DNA from: Octopus sinensis
Taxonomy: Eukaryota
Assembly: GCF_006345805.1 (NCBI RefSeq)
Contig: NC_043016.1
Coordinates: 11,904,001-11,968,000 of the forward strand
Reading direction: 5' to 3'
Length of the DNA stretch: 64,000 bases
The notes beneath the pieces were generated by a model. It saw only the letters and a list, made by a program, of their open reading frames with translations. It made no database searches and was not told the DNA's origin. This document shows, in pieces, positions 36,151-49,774 of the stretch (the stretch's first letter is position 1; every line of letters starts with the position of its first letter). Made by a program: the position numbers and the translations under genes.

Positions 36151-37679
36151 AAAATTTCAAACATGCATGTATGTATATATGTATACGCAAGTGAAAAGAA
36201 AAAAAAAACAGGAACAAAAGAAAATAATACTCAAAAAATTTGGTTGCAGTTACATTTATTTAATAGCAATTTGACTCAGTTCCACATTACTCAAAGTTTC
36301 ACAGGTGTAGGATATGTCCACCTTATCAGATACTTGGCAGGAGTGTGAAGAGAATTTAAAAGAAATTTTAAATGGTTGCTAGATTTTTAGCCCTTTTGTT
36401 GCCATATTTCTTTTGAGATGCTCTGTGTTTCTTTCAATTAATTTTAAATATAATAAAGAATTTAGTAAAATAACTTAGTTATCATTAAGCTAGTGTTAGG
36501 AACATAAATTATGACTAAGATTTGATGGAAGATTTTAATTCAAAACTTTTGAAAGCAAAGAGCCAGAGGTGGTTTCAGGCAGGTTGGTTTCATAAGGATT
36601 AAGGTTCTAATGCCATACAGAAACACACTGGCTGGTTAAAGAATGTTGAGGTAACAGTTATTTCCACACATCCAAAAAAAAAAAAAATCCAAGTTCCTGG
36701 GGCTATACAAATGTTGATTCTGCCCTTTCCCATATACTGTTGAAATAATTTATGAATGGTGCAGCAATTCCTGCTTAACATCAACCAATCACCACACTAA
36801 TATAAAATAGGGTCACTATAAGATTAAAACCACTTGAAGTCACTCGCCCCACATACACATTTTTTTATATCTCTTTTTGGTAGCAACAACAAAGGAAGTA
36901 AAATGAATAAAAACTAAGTCGTGACACATCACTGCACATACTTGCCATAGAGGTGCCACCCACATACTTGCCATACTCACAGCCACCCACATGCTTGAAC
37001 ATGAATTCATCAATTGTATATGCTGGATGTTTATTGAATTGGGAAGTTATTTACATCAGCTGTTGTCCTGTTTATGCTTTCCTATATGACAAATGACGAA
37101 TTCTCCTTTGATCATGTGACTGGCTGCAAGCACATGTCATTGAAAAGGTCCAAAAAGGTCTCAAACTGCATCTGGCCACTGCTCAGATAAAATTTTTATC
37201 TCCCTCTGACATTTAATGTGTTTTTAACACCTGAAATCCATAAGACATTCTCCAGAGTAAATTCTGCAGTCACTGGTTTATCAACAATGTATATACAATT
37301 AGTATGACACAAAGATGGCTCTGTGTGTTGTGTGTGTGTGTGTGTGTGTGTGCACGCACGCACGTGCATGTGTGTGCATGGTGTGGTGTGTGTGTGTGTG
37401 TGCGTGTATGTCTTTTACCTCCTTCTTGTTTCACTCATTAGACTGTGGCCATGCTGGTGCACCACCTTGAAGGGTTTAATTCTTTTTAAGTCAATCTTTT
37501 ACTTACTTTTAAGTCAATCACTTTTGCCAAACTGCTAGGTCACATGAACATAAACATAAACACCACTGGTTCTCAAGAGAGGTAGGGACAAACACGAATA
37601 TGCACATATCCCTCCTTAAACACACACACACATACACAATGTAGTTTTACATACTTTCTTATTTCTTTATTTCCCACAA

Positions 37680-37822
37680 GTGTTTATTGTCTCTGAGCAT
37701 CTGCCACATACAAAAACTATCTTTCCAGTTAGTCTTCCTTTGTTATTGCTGCACCTCTTATGTGTCCATAGCTTACACTGGGTACATCTTATAGAGTTTC
37801 TACCTACGTCTTTTCTACAGAT
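37680..37822 (-). mobile_element. RTE ORF2 Cys-rich insert fragment
   Basis: gcacctcttatgtgtccatagcttacactgggtaca = CTQCKLWTHKRC antisense. Confidence 0.8.
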
Positions 37823-39398
37823 ATAAAAGATATACAGGGATTGATTTGTTCAACTAAAACCCTTCAAGGTGGTGCCCCAGCATGGCCATAGTCCAATGAC
37901 TGAAACAAGTAAAAGATAAAAGATATACAGGGATTGATTTGTTCAACTAAAACCCTTCAAGATGGTGCTCCATCCAGCATGGCCACAGTCCAATGACTGA
38001 AACAATAAAGATAAAAGATATACAGGGATTGATTTGTTCAAGTAAAACCCTTCAAGTGGTGCCCCAGCATGGCCACAGTCCAATGACTGAAACAAGTAAA
38101 AGATAAAAGATATACAGGGATTGATTTGTTCAATTAAAACCCTTCAAGGTGGTGCCCCAGCATGGCCACAGTCCAATGACTGAAACAAGTAAAAGATAAA
38201 AGATATACAGGGATGATTTGTTCAAGTAAACCCCTCAGATGGTGGTCCCAGCATGGCCACTCCAATGACTGAAACAAGTAAAAGATAAAAGATATACAGG
38301 ATTGATTTGTTCAACTAAAACCCTTCAAGGTGGTGCTCCCATGGCCACAGTCCAATGACTGAAACAGTAAAAGATAAAAGATATACAGGGATTGATTTGT
38401 TCAAGTAACCCTTCAAGATGGTGCTCCAGCATGGCCACAGTCCAATGACTGAAACAAGTAAAAGATAAGTGATATACTGTGATTGATTTGTTCAACTAAA
38501 ACCCTTCAAGTGGTGCCCCGCAGCATGGCCACAGTCCAATGACTGAAACAAGTAAAGATAAAAATATACTGGATTGATTTGTTCAACTAAAACCCTTCAA
38601 GGTGCTGCCCCAGCATGGCCACAGTCCAATGACTGAAACAAGAAAAAGATAAAAGATATACTGGGATTGATTTGTTCATCTAAGAACCTTCAAGGTGTTG
38701 CTCCAGCATGGCCACAGTCCAATGACTGAAACAAGTAAACGATAAAAGATATACTGGAATTGATTTGTTCAACTAAAACCCTTCAAGGTGGTGCCCCAGC
38801 ATGGCCACATTCCAATGACGAAAACAAGAAAAAGATAAAAGATATACTGGGATTGATTTGTTCATCTAAGAACCTTCAAGTGTTGCTCCAGCATGGCCAC
38901 ATCCCAATGACTGAAACAAGTAAAAGATAAAAGATATACTGGAATTGATTTGTTCATCTAAGAACCTCAAGGTGTTGCTCCAGCATGGCCACAGTCAATG
39001 ACTGAAACAAGTAAAAGATAAAAGATATACTGGAATTGATTTGTTCATCTAAGAACCTTCAAGGTGGTGCCCCAGCATGGCCACATTCCAATGACTGAAA
39101 CAAGTAAAAGATAAAAGATATACTGGGATTGATTTGTTCATCTAAGAACCTTCAAGGTGTTGCTCCAGCATGGCCACAGTCCAATGACTGAAACAAGTAA
39201 AAGATAAAAGATATACTGGGATTGATTTGTTCATCTAAGAACCTTCAAGGTGTTGCTCCAGCATGGCCACAGTCCAATGACTGAAACAAGTAAAATAAAG
39301 AAGATACTTGGAATTGATTTGTTCATCTAAAACCCTTCAAGGTGGTGCCCCAGCATGGCCACATTCCAATGACTGAAACAAGTAAAAGATAAAAGATA
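37822..39398 (+). repeat. Tandem array of 17 units of about 93 bp derived from the family A SINE 3' end
   Basis: unit gggattgatttgttcaactaaaacccttcaaggtggtgccccagcatggccacagtccaatgactgaaacaagtaaaagataaaagatatac(a/t); 17 aatgac markers counted. Confidence 0.95.
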
Positions 39399-39440
39399 TT
39401 AACATTGGGCGATATTCTTGAGAGTATTTGGAATCTTACC

Positions 39441-39538
39441 ACCTCTGCAGTTCATGTCTCACTTCTGCAGTTCATGTGTCACCTCCACACTTCATGTGTC
39501 ACCTCTGCAGTTCCTGTCTCACCTCTGCAGTTCATGAC
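39441..39538. repeat. 20-bp minisatellite, 5 copies
   Basis: acctctgcagttcatgt(c/g)tc. Confidence 0.85.
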
Positions 39539-40065
39539 CTACTTAAGTATTTTAACTTATTTTCCATTTAATCATAAAAGTTGTCTTTGTAACTCTTTCT
39601 AAACCATTTGCTTCCTGAATAGTGCATCTGTTTTACAGGTTACTAAGTTTGATATGATTTTGAAATGAAAATACTTCATTTTTTCTTAACTGATGTCATT
39701 TGGGACGTGAATACTTAATCATAATGCCAACCAACAACGTGTTGATAAATACATAATTCAATAAAGAATCTTAAACATTTCAAGACTGATATGCTTGACT
39801 TTGTAAGTTAGTTTTTAACTTGTCTTCAAAACTAATTTTGGAGTAGTTTGTTTCTTCTTTTACACAGAGCATGCTTATCAAACATCCAATTTTTGGCAAC
39901 TTTGATTTAGTTGGGTGCTTGGTTGTAGAGATACAGAGCTTACTTTGAAACTGTTTACTTTGAATTGTATTTCATTGGAAGCACCTTTTGGCAAAAGCCT
40001 TCTATTATAGTTCTAGGTTGACCAATGACACATGAGTGAAAATCATAGACAGAAATTATATGATT

Positions 40066-40483
40066 AAAGGTGGAGAGCTGGCAGAAATGTTAGCATGCTG
40101 GGTGAAATGCTTAGCGGTATTTTGTCTGCTGTTACTTTCTGAGTTCAAATTTCGCTGAGGTCGACTTTGCCTTTCATCCTTTCAGGGTCGATATATTATG
40201 TACCAGTTACGCACTGGGGTCGATGTAATCGACTTAATACCTATGTCTGTCCTTGTTTGTCCCCTCTGTGTTTAGCCCCTTATGGGTAGTAAAGAAATAG
40301 GTATTTCGTGTGTCTTTACGTTCTGAGTTCAAATTCTGCCAAGGTCGACTTTGCCTTTCATCCTTTTGGGGTCGATAAATTAAGTACCAGTTACGCACTG
40401 GGGTCGATGTAATTGACTTAATTCCTTTGTCTGTCATTGTTTGTGCCCTCTATGTTTAGCCCCTAGTGGGCAATAAAGAAATA
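40066..40483 (+). mobile_element. Dimeric family B SINE with 15-bp TSD
   Basis: TSD agaaatt(a/g)tatgatt at 40051-40065 and 40484-40498. Confidence 0.85.
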
Positions 40484-41562
40484 AGAAATTGTATGATTGT
40501 CTTTTTCACACGCATGCACACACACTCACTACATATGTGTGTATGTGAAATTGGTCAATTGTCTATAAGTCAGAAAAAAGTCATATTCTAAAAGAAATTT
40601 TGAGCAGTTATATTCTATGTAATTGTGTAGTATATCTTTGGTTATGGTAGGTCAGAAAGTTACCATTAGTTTCACAGCTACTATTGTGGTCACACAAGAT
40701 GATTTTCAGGATATTTCTAAAACACTAGCAATGGACTATAAATTCATCATATTTCAAATCTTATTCATTTGCTTCCATGTTTCACTTGGTCACACCACTC
40801 AATTATAAAACAGAAAAAAAGAAAAAAAAAAAAAGAAAAAAAAATCAAGGCTTGCAAATGTCAAGATTATTCTCTCAGGTCAATGGAGAGAAACTTGTTT
40901 GTGTTTTTGTTTTAGCTCACTGTACCATTTTACATGGGAATACAGGAATGCTAAGAACTTGTTTCAGAACATTTCTTACACAAAGGAATAGTTATTCCTC
41001 TTGACATTTTAATTACTTGCAGCTTGAAAACCATAAATTGACGTGGAAACACCAATTTATGATGCAAATATTTATTGTAAGTATAAAAGTATGATAGCTG
41101 GATGGTTTTTCTTTGTCATGCTTATCATTAAAATGTAAGCAATGAATGATAGAAATGATATAGCAATGAATTAAAAGGTTTGTGGTATTTAGTAATGTCG
41201 CTCTCTTATGTTCACATCCTGTCTAGGTCACACTTACACATTTCATCATTGTGTAGTTAATAAATAATTCACTGTTGCCTGCTACTCCAAAATGTGTGAC
41301 CTTGTGTCTATTTTTAGAAATTCTTGTTATAGTTGTTGTTGTTCTTGTCGTCATCATTGTTGTTGTTGTTATGCTGAAGTCAACTTTGCCATTCATCATT
41401 TTGGTGTCAATAAAATAACAGTCAAGCACTAGGGTCAATCTAGTCAACTATTGCCCCCACCCTGCAAAATTTCAGGCCTTAGCCTATAGTAGAAAGAATT
41501 ATTATTATTATTATTATTATTATATTATTATTATTATTATTATTTTATTATTATTATTATTG

Positions 41563-42160
41563 TAATTACTATTTTGTCTAATATGAAAGACTCTTGGATA
41601 GTTCTTAATTTCTGGTTGTTCTTTACTTGAAAGCAGGCAATAACAAATCACCAAAGGTTTCGAGTAGTGCCTTCTCCTCTGACTCAAAGAGACAATACTC
41701 TCCTTAGAATGCAAGCTGTACCCAAGAATACCATCTTCTGGATCACCTTGAGCCTGACAGCAGCTCCAATATTCTTAATATGTTTTTCAAAGCCCTTGGA
41801 AACTACTTCTAATGCTCCAATTACTTTGGGTATCACCATAACCTTCATATCTCATCCTGCAGTAGCTGGTATTTCACAATCTTTTCTGTTTCCTTACATT
41901 TCACCCTCAAATCACCTGGTATTGCAACATCTATTATCTTTGCTTCTTTTTCATCTTTATGGATGAGCATGATATCTGGTCGTCTCACCTCTATGACTTG
42001 GTCGCACTGCATGTTAAAATCCCAGAGTATTCTGTAATGTTCGTTTTCCATTATTCCCTCTGGCTTGTATTCATACCATTGTTCGGCTTTCTTGTTTGCT
42101 TTATTACACAACAGTCTCTGGACATATCTGGCCATATTGTCATGTCTCCTTTTGTATTTG
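41563..42160 (-). mobile_element. R4/Dong-type RLE retrotransposon 3' fragment between (TAA)n tracts
   Basis: ILWDFNMQCDQVIEVRRPDIMLI..IIDVAIPGD..KETEKIVKYQ (restriction-like endonuclease motif). Confidence 0.85.
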
Positions 42161-42218
<58 letters not shown>

Positions 42219-43058
42219 CTCTTCTTTCAATTTTGTTTTCATTTCTTGCCAAGTGTCTTCCCAACAGCTAGGGCAAAGAAACTTACTTTATACATTAGTA
42301 GGCCATTAAAATAAACACACCAGATTGTTCATTTATGAAGTCATGTGGTAGAAAAAAAATTTTAAAAACAAGAAAAAATGAAAAAAGAAGAAAACAAAGA
42401 AAATAAAGGGGATAAAAGGAAAGAAAATTCTTAGTGACAATGATCTTCTCGATATGTTTGATGTACCAGTTAAATAATCTTGTGCATTTCTTGCATGGAT
42501 GGTAAGTCAGGGATCATTCTCAAATAATTTTCAGTTCCTTTTTCTGATCATTCCAACTGTTCCTACAATCACTGCAATTGTAACTGTCTTGAGATGCCAC
42601 ATTTTTTTTCAATTTCAATCAGCAAATCTTTATATTTTCTGAACTTATCAAATTCTTTTATTGAGATACTAGCAGTATCGCCTGGCGTTGCTCGGGTTTG
42701 TTTTGGCCCTTTAGAATTGGAATTTTTGAAAATTAAAAATTATGCATTGTAAATTTGAATGAAATTGGTTGTGTAGTTCTCAAGTTTTAGGGATTCACAC
42801 AGACAGACAGACAGACAGATATGGCAGAAAACACATGCTGAGTTACCACACAGTGGGACTGAACTCAGGACCATGTGTTTTGGAACCGAGTTTGTTACCA
42901 CACAGCCACACCTGCACTATGTATGTGTGTGTGTGTGTGTGTGTATGGGTGTATATATTTATGCATGTATATATGAGTATATATATGTGTACATATTACA
43001 TGTACATCTATATATATACATCTACACATACATGTATACATATACATCTATATCTATA

Positions 43059-43289
43059 GGCGGCGAGCTGGCAGAAACGTTAGCACGCCGGGTGAAATAT
43101 GTAGCCGTATTTCATCTGTCGTTACGTTCCGAGTTCAAATTCCGCCGAGGTTGACTTTGCCTTTCATCCTTTCGGGGTCGATAAATTAAGTACCAGTTAA
43201 GCACTGGGGTCGATGTAATCGACTTAATCCCTTTGTCTGTCCTTGTTTGTCCCCTCTATGTTTAGCCCCTTGTGGGTAGTAAAGAAATA
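43059..43289 (+). mobile_element. Family B SINE monomer
   Basis: ggcggcgagctggcagaaacgttagc..gagttcaaattcc..Meta-like domain. Confidence 0.9.
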
Positions 43290-43388
43290 TATATCTATAG
43301 AAATACATCTATACATATAGAGCTATACATATACATTTATAGATATACATGCATATATCTCATCATATATATATATACATCCACATAT

Positions 43389-43441
<53 letters not shown>

Positions 43442-43518
43442 ATATATTATATGTATATATACATCCTATATATACATGTATATCTATCTATCTATCTCTC
43501 TATATATATATATACATC

Positions 43519-43560
<42 letters not shown>

Positions 43561-43571
43561 TATATTATATA

Positions 43572-43735
43572 ACTACAAAATTAGAAAATGGAGAAACATA
43601 CTTAAATCAATAAAACATCAACTATCAGATGATACCCAATCAATACTTTGGTGTAATAAAGTATTGATTGGGTATCATCTGATAGTTGATTTTTTATTGA
43701 TTTAAGTATGTTTCTCCATTTTCTAATTTTGTAGT
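43572..43735. repeat. Near-perfect palindrome: 78-bp arms, 8-nt loop
   Basis: 43572-43649 versus 43658-43735, one mismatch. Confidence 0.95.
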
Positions 43736-43929
43736 ATTATTTACGGTAATATTATTACCTTTGCCCATATATACAATAGATGAACTAATTGCTTGGCAAT
43801 TTTTAACATCTATGTATTAGTCTTGTTGGGTACCTATCTAGCAGTATATTGGATATATGTTATCCCATGTGGGTTGAATTTTTCAACCCCTATCTCATTT
43901 ATAAACCTATATATATATATATATATATT

Positions 43930-43986
<57 letters not shown>

Positions 43987-44000
43987 TATATATTATATAT

Positions 44001-44060
<60 letters not shown>

Positions 44061-44740
44061 ATGTATATATACATGTAAATTGAAATTTAAAATAATATGG
44101 GTGAAAAATTGAATATTAATTTGATTAATATGAATTTAAAACCAGTGGTGTGGAGAAGATATGATATTGCTGTGGGCTCGCTCTAGGCAAAAAGTTAAAT
44201 GGACCCTAAGGAAGGCATGTGTAAAATTTGAATGAAATTGGTTGTGTAGTTCTCAAGTTTTAGGGATTCACACAGACAGACAGACAGATATTCTCAGTTT
44301 TATATATATAGATAAGCTCGGTTTCACCCGGTCTGTTTGAATGATGTGACTGTGATCGTTTTCAGTTAGGCATAATCTACAACAGCATTTCTCAATCATA
44401 TCATTTCGGGTCCCCTGTTTTGATTGGAGTCTCCAGCTGTATGAACATTTCCTGACCCCACCCCCGTCAAAAAACAGCTTCAGGTGTTGTGAAGAAAGAA
44501 TTTGTACATAGTCTGTTTCTGAGAGCTATTGTATTGGACCTCTGTCTAATCATTAAAACATTTATTTAATTATGAACATAGAAAGAAATTATACATTAAT
44601 CCCTATTTTTTGTAAGCAGTTGTATCCATAAAAGTTTTATTTGCAGATGGCAGAAAGTGAAAGAAGATATGTGAAATGGACGTGTGTGTGTTGTGGTTGT
44701 TTGTGGTGTGTGTGTGTGGTGTGTGGTGTGTGTGTGTGTG

Positions 44741-44779
<39 letters not shown>

Positions 44780-47700
44780 TGTGTGGCGTGCGTGCTTGCG
44801 CGTGTGTATGTGAGAGAGAAAGAGGGTGAGAAAGAGGGATAGAGTGAGTGAAGTGAAAATATCTTCGCAGAAAACAGCTTCAGGAGTTGTGAAGAAAGAA
44901 TTTGTACGTAGTCTATTTCTGAGAACTATTCTATTGGACCTCTGTCTAATCACGTCTTTTAAGGTATACACACATACATAGAGAATGTGAGGTCATAGTA
45001 GAAAATTTTTACGATAGTTGATTTATGGAAAAGATTATGTGAAATCTGTGAATGAAAATGAAGTTCAGATGTCTACATGGTAGGTAGACGTGGTAGAAAT
45101 AGCAGCCAAAGGTAAAGTGGAGAAGTATGGGAGAAGTCATTGTTATACGCTTATAGAAAAAAATAGACACGTACTTTTTTAGAGAAGAAAATATAGGTGA
45201 GAGCTATTGTATTGTACATTTGAGTAATGAGAGAGCAGAAATTGAAAGAAGATATATGAAACGGACGTGCGTGTTTGTGTGTGTGTGTTTCTGGCTAATT
45301 TGGCAGGATTTTTGCAGTCAGCACGAGGTGATTTGTATTTATATCTCTGGAGGGGTGGGAAAGCGGATCTTTTGAAGTCATGAAGTGATTGATCTCCCCC
45401 GTCCTTGTCAAGCTATGTGAGTGTGAGGGAGGAAGAGAGAGAGAGAGAGAGAGAGAGCGTGTGTGTGTGTGTGTATGTGTGTGTGTGTGTATGTGTGTGT
45501 GTGTGTGTTTGATGGGGTGTGCAATATGGGCGAGAGAGTTAACTAAAATTTTGTTATTCACTTGTTACAGTGAGAGAAAATGTGAGTGAGTAACAGAGAA
45601 AAGGAGAGGGGTTATGTATGTTGGCGGGGGGATTCCATAAGAAAAGTTTGCCAGAGAGAGAGAGGGGACTGGGATAGAAAGAGCGACAGAGAGACAGCGA
45701 ATACGGAGAGGGAAAGGGAGTGAGTAGAAACTGTGAAAAGCCGTTATAGATATAAAGGGGAGGGAAGGGGGGAAAGAGAGAGATGGAAGAAGAAAGGGTT
45801 ATAACCATTAGAGAGGAACAACAAACACTTGTCCATTTTCACTCTCTTTGCCATAGCAACCACATCTTTATAGCTTGCAAATTTTAACCATCGCAGGTCA
45901 AACACGCATTTAGTATCCCTGCCAATTTTCAGCTCGATCCTAGCACGTCTAGTGCCATTGAACCCTTACCAAAGCCAAAGTGTCAAGTTTTTTTCCTCTT
46001 TTATATAAGTAGATTATGATTGCAAGGAATGCTCATGTCAATCAATAAACAGATTTGATTGTTTTGGTTTTTCACAACAATATCTGGTTTATTAGCTTTG
46101 ACGGTCTGCTCTGTATGTACTGCAAAGTCCCAAAGAATCAATGCATTTTCTCCCTCAGTTGCAGCCTCAGGGTGGTTATTGTACTATTTGTCAGCAGTTT
46201 TGATTTTATAATGTGGACATATTAACCAGTGTAGATATTGGCCAACTCTATAGGTGCTAAAGTTCTACACCCAGAGATAAGGTGATCCACTGTTTCAATC
46301 TCAATGTTGCAGTATCAGCACTTTGGGTATACTCCATTTTTCATCAAATTGGTTTGGTAGTTATGGATCAATAAGCTCTGATCTTGAGCAGTTAAGATAA
46401 AGCCTTCACTCTCTGCCTTTAACCATGAGCTTTGTAGCAACTGATGGGTGTGCTTCTGGTCTGCATCAACTTGTTTGCTACAGGACACATAGCAGAGGTT
46501 TTTATTCCCACCTATCAGCCAATTGTTCAAATGCTTTTTCCTTTGTCATTAATTTTACTTTCTTTGCAACAACAGTTGCTGCACTTCCATCATTCTGTTC
46601 AACTTGGATAATTTGCATGAACTCACCAGTAAATTTTTTGCTCTCCTTCTAGACAGAATGAAGCTTCTTACATATCTCATGGTTTTTGATGAATTTTAGC
46701 ATCCAGTCATTAGATGTTTCAAGACATTTGTCCAGCCCAATTGTTGTGGTTTTGTGAGAGATTTCAAATTGGACCAAACCTCGACCTCCATGGGCTCTGG
46801 GAAGATAAAGACAATCTTTGTCTGCTTTTGGGAAGTGTAAGTCAACAACTGACAAATTTTCCTGTCAATTTTCTTTGTTTTGTTGATATTCCAGTTCAAC
46901 ACATTAGAACTATAAGTAACAACTGGAACTGCCAGGGAATTTATGGCTAGCACCTTGTTACGTGCATTTAGTTCAGATTTCAGGGCTGCTTGAACTCTCC
47001 TGTAACATTCCTTCCTGATCTTCTCTTTCATGCTTGCATGCTAAATGCCAGAACCTTCATTTATTCCTAGGTATTTGTAGGTTTGTTCCTGCTCAAGTTC
47101 TCTTATAACTGTATCAATATCTAACACCACTGAATGTCAGGTCTTCAATTTCCTTTTCTGGAAAGTGGCCTTGGCACATTTATCAAGACTAAACTTCAAC
47201 CCGATGTCATTACTGAATGCTTTCACAGTAAGTAATAGGCCTTCAAGCTCATTATCGTCTTTGCCATAGATTTTTCAGTTATCCATATGAAATTTTCTTG
47301 TCAATTTTATACCCATACCCTGTTCTTTTAAATGCATTCTAATGAGTATTAGGGCTATGCAAAAGCTTAGATGTGAAAGTGTGTCACCCTGGCAAAGGTT
47401 TCTGTTGATATTGATATTATTTTAAGTTAGTACTCCATTACATTTGAATAAATGGAGATTTGTATTCCACACTGACATGTTGTGCTTCAGGAAGTTTGAA
47501 ATTACAGGAGAAATTTTGAAGATATCCAGCAATTCTAAGGTCCATGAATATGGTATGCCGTCAAAGATTTTTTTATAATCAATCCATGTGGTATTGACAT
47601 CTCTGAATTTGTTAAGACAGTTCTCAAGGATCATGTGATTGATATTAGGAGTTGATCTTTGCATCCATATGAGTCACATTGGCACATTTTTTGTTCAGTG

Positions 47701-48419
47701 AGGAAAATATTGTTCTGTTCTCCACAAGGATGGACATTAAAATCTTATGTGATAGTTAGTTTTGGGGAAATTTAGTTTCATTATTCTTTGGAAGTAGGTA
47801 AGTAATACCACTTACTAACCAATCAAGTGTTTTCTTCTTCTCCTTCTCCTTCTCCTTCTCCTCCTCCCCCTCCTCCTCTTCTTCTTCTCCTTCATCATCA
47901 TCATCATCATCAAGTGATAGAGCACTGCATGCCGTCAAAATGACACCGGGGTAAAATATACAAAGCCCAGGTGATCTCATATGAAGATAAACAGCACATG
48001 ACCTTGTAGGGGCTCAGTTAGAATTTTCTTCAGGTTAAGTAGCCCATCCTGCTCAATAAGGATGTTTAAGGTTCCTGAATAAGGATTGTTTAAGGATGTT
48101 GAATGAAACACCCATGTTTCTAGAGGTGAATTATTCAAACCCCAAAGAATTCCTCTCAACACATGGCTGTTATGCTCCCCCACTACTTCTGCTTGTGATC
48201 AGAGATCCACATAATGCCAGCCACTAAGGGACACGCTCAACTGGTTAAGGTGAAACAACTGACTAGCAAATCTGTGGTATTGAGCAGATTATTTGCTGTA
48301 GCCCATCTTTTATACCAAGACAAAACAATGTACATGATAACACTCCCAATCAGTTAAGATCAAAACCTATGAGTGCCACTGCCTGGTATTATTATTTTTA
48401 ATTCCATTACTATATACAT

Positions 48420-49330
48420 GTCAACAGCTCTTCATAGTTGGGGTGGTACATGCTGCAATACTAAACTTCATTCCAATGTCTTTAGAGCACCAGTGAACAG
48501 TTCTGACCAGTGAATCACCTTGTGGTTCATTCTTGTCAAAGAGTTTCAACTCATCCATAAAATGTAGATGGTTGATCTTAGGTCCTCTGTTTTCAATCTG
48601 TTACCAGCAAAGTCATCACTAATGGAACCATGGCAATCATAAAAGATGCAACGGTGAGAATGAATTTCCTTGGAACATTCCTCTTTTAATCTCAACCACA
48701 CCTAGCAGTTTATTTCCTACATACAGATTTGTTTTCTACAAAGGCATGCTAGATTCCATTACTTTAACAACACAACCTGCTATTCCAAACATTCTCAAAC
48801 ATTTCAGTACCCATTAATATGGGAGCATGTCAAAGGATTCCTGCGCAAGCCATACATAAATTTAGATGACTTTGGCAATCTTTTATGATTATCTTGTCAG
48901 TAGAAAGATGTAGCCCTTATTTTTCTACATCTCTTCTGCTCAAATATTAGCATCTCATTCTGAAGCAAGTGAACTTTTGCAGCAAAAGTACCCATCAACA
49001 GCCTACAAAGTAAATACAAGCACACATCTATCTTCTGTAATTTTCAACTAATGGACCCTTCATTTTATTCTTCAATATCAAATTTGTCTTCCCTTCAACC
49101 ATCCAGCTTAGAACTTCTCCTTGTACTACACAATCGTTTAGGTGCTTCCTTAGTCTTGAATGAACACTTTTAAATCTTTTCAGCAAGAATCTTTGAATCC
49201 CATCTGGTCCAAGAAATTTCCAGTTTGGTATTTTCCTTACTCTTGAAGGCCTTTCTTATCTCTGTTTTTGTACATTAGATAACTTATATTTAACTTCATC
49301 TTTTCTATTTTGCACCATTGTTATGCTCTT
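48420..49330 (-). mobile_element. Older R4/Dong-like RT fragment
   Basis: antisense NWKFLGPDGIQ and INHLHFMDELKLF motifs. Confidence 0.6.
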
Positions 49331-49774
49331 TTGTAACCCCACCATCATAAATTTGACTCAGTACCTTTTGTTCTCTCTAAACACTAAAGAAGCTCACCTA
49401 GGACAAGTGAAACAGCTTGTGAAGGTGAATGGTTGGGAAAGCACAAGTTGCCATCCCAGCTAAGGCTTTGACAGCAACTACTTGAAAGGCAGTAATGTAT
49501 CATTGTGTGTTGGCTAAAACCCAATGTCTAGAAGCATTGATACATATCTAGGACTTATGGGCAGACATAGAACATGTCCCATATGCAACAGAAAGTTCAT
49601 CACGTACCCAACTTATTCAGAGAGAAGGACCTATTGCATCAAGATAGAGGGAGTTCCACCTGGACTGGACATCTGGTGATTGTTAGCCTGTGTTACTTTG
49701 GAAGGAAGATATTATTTGAAGAGAAACGAACAGAGAGGGAGTTTTGGTCTGAGACCACTGAAGAGATCCTGTAG

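Larger units (their letters stand above)
42669..46013 (-). mobile_element. Composite non-autonomous Helitron (two 5' ends, one CTAG 3' end) with nested SINEs
   Basis: CTAG plus hairpin at about 42669-42696; TC starts at 44312 and 46013; precise A|T insertion in the Dong ORF. Confidence 0.75.
42219..47830 (-). mobile_element. Decayed R4/Dong-type retrotransposon (RT plus RLE), split by the Helitron at 42669-46013
   Basis: WLVSGITYLLPK; WIDYKKIFDGIPYSW; LNARNKVLAINSLAVP; LYLPRAHGGRGL; EGFILTAQDQ; IDMSIPCNH|NISIKEFDKFRKYKDL rejoins across the insert. Confidence 0.9.

Noticed and set aside
37822-39398. CRISPR-like regular array
   Set aside because: Units are contiguous near-identical copies with no unique spacers and derive from a SINE tail; eukaryotic context.
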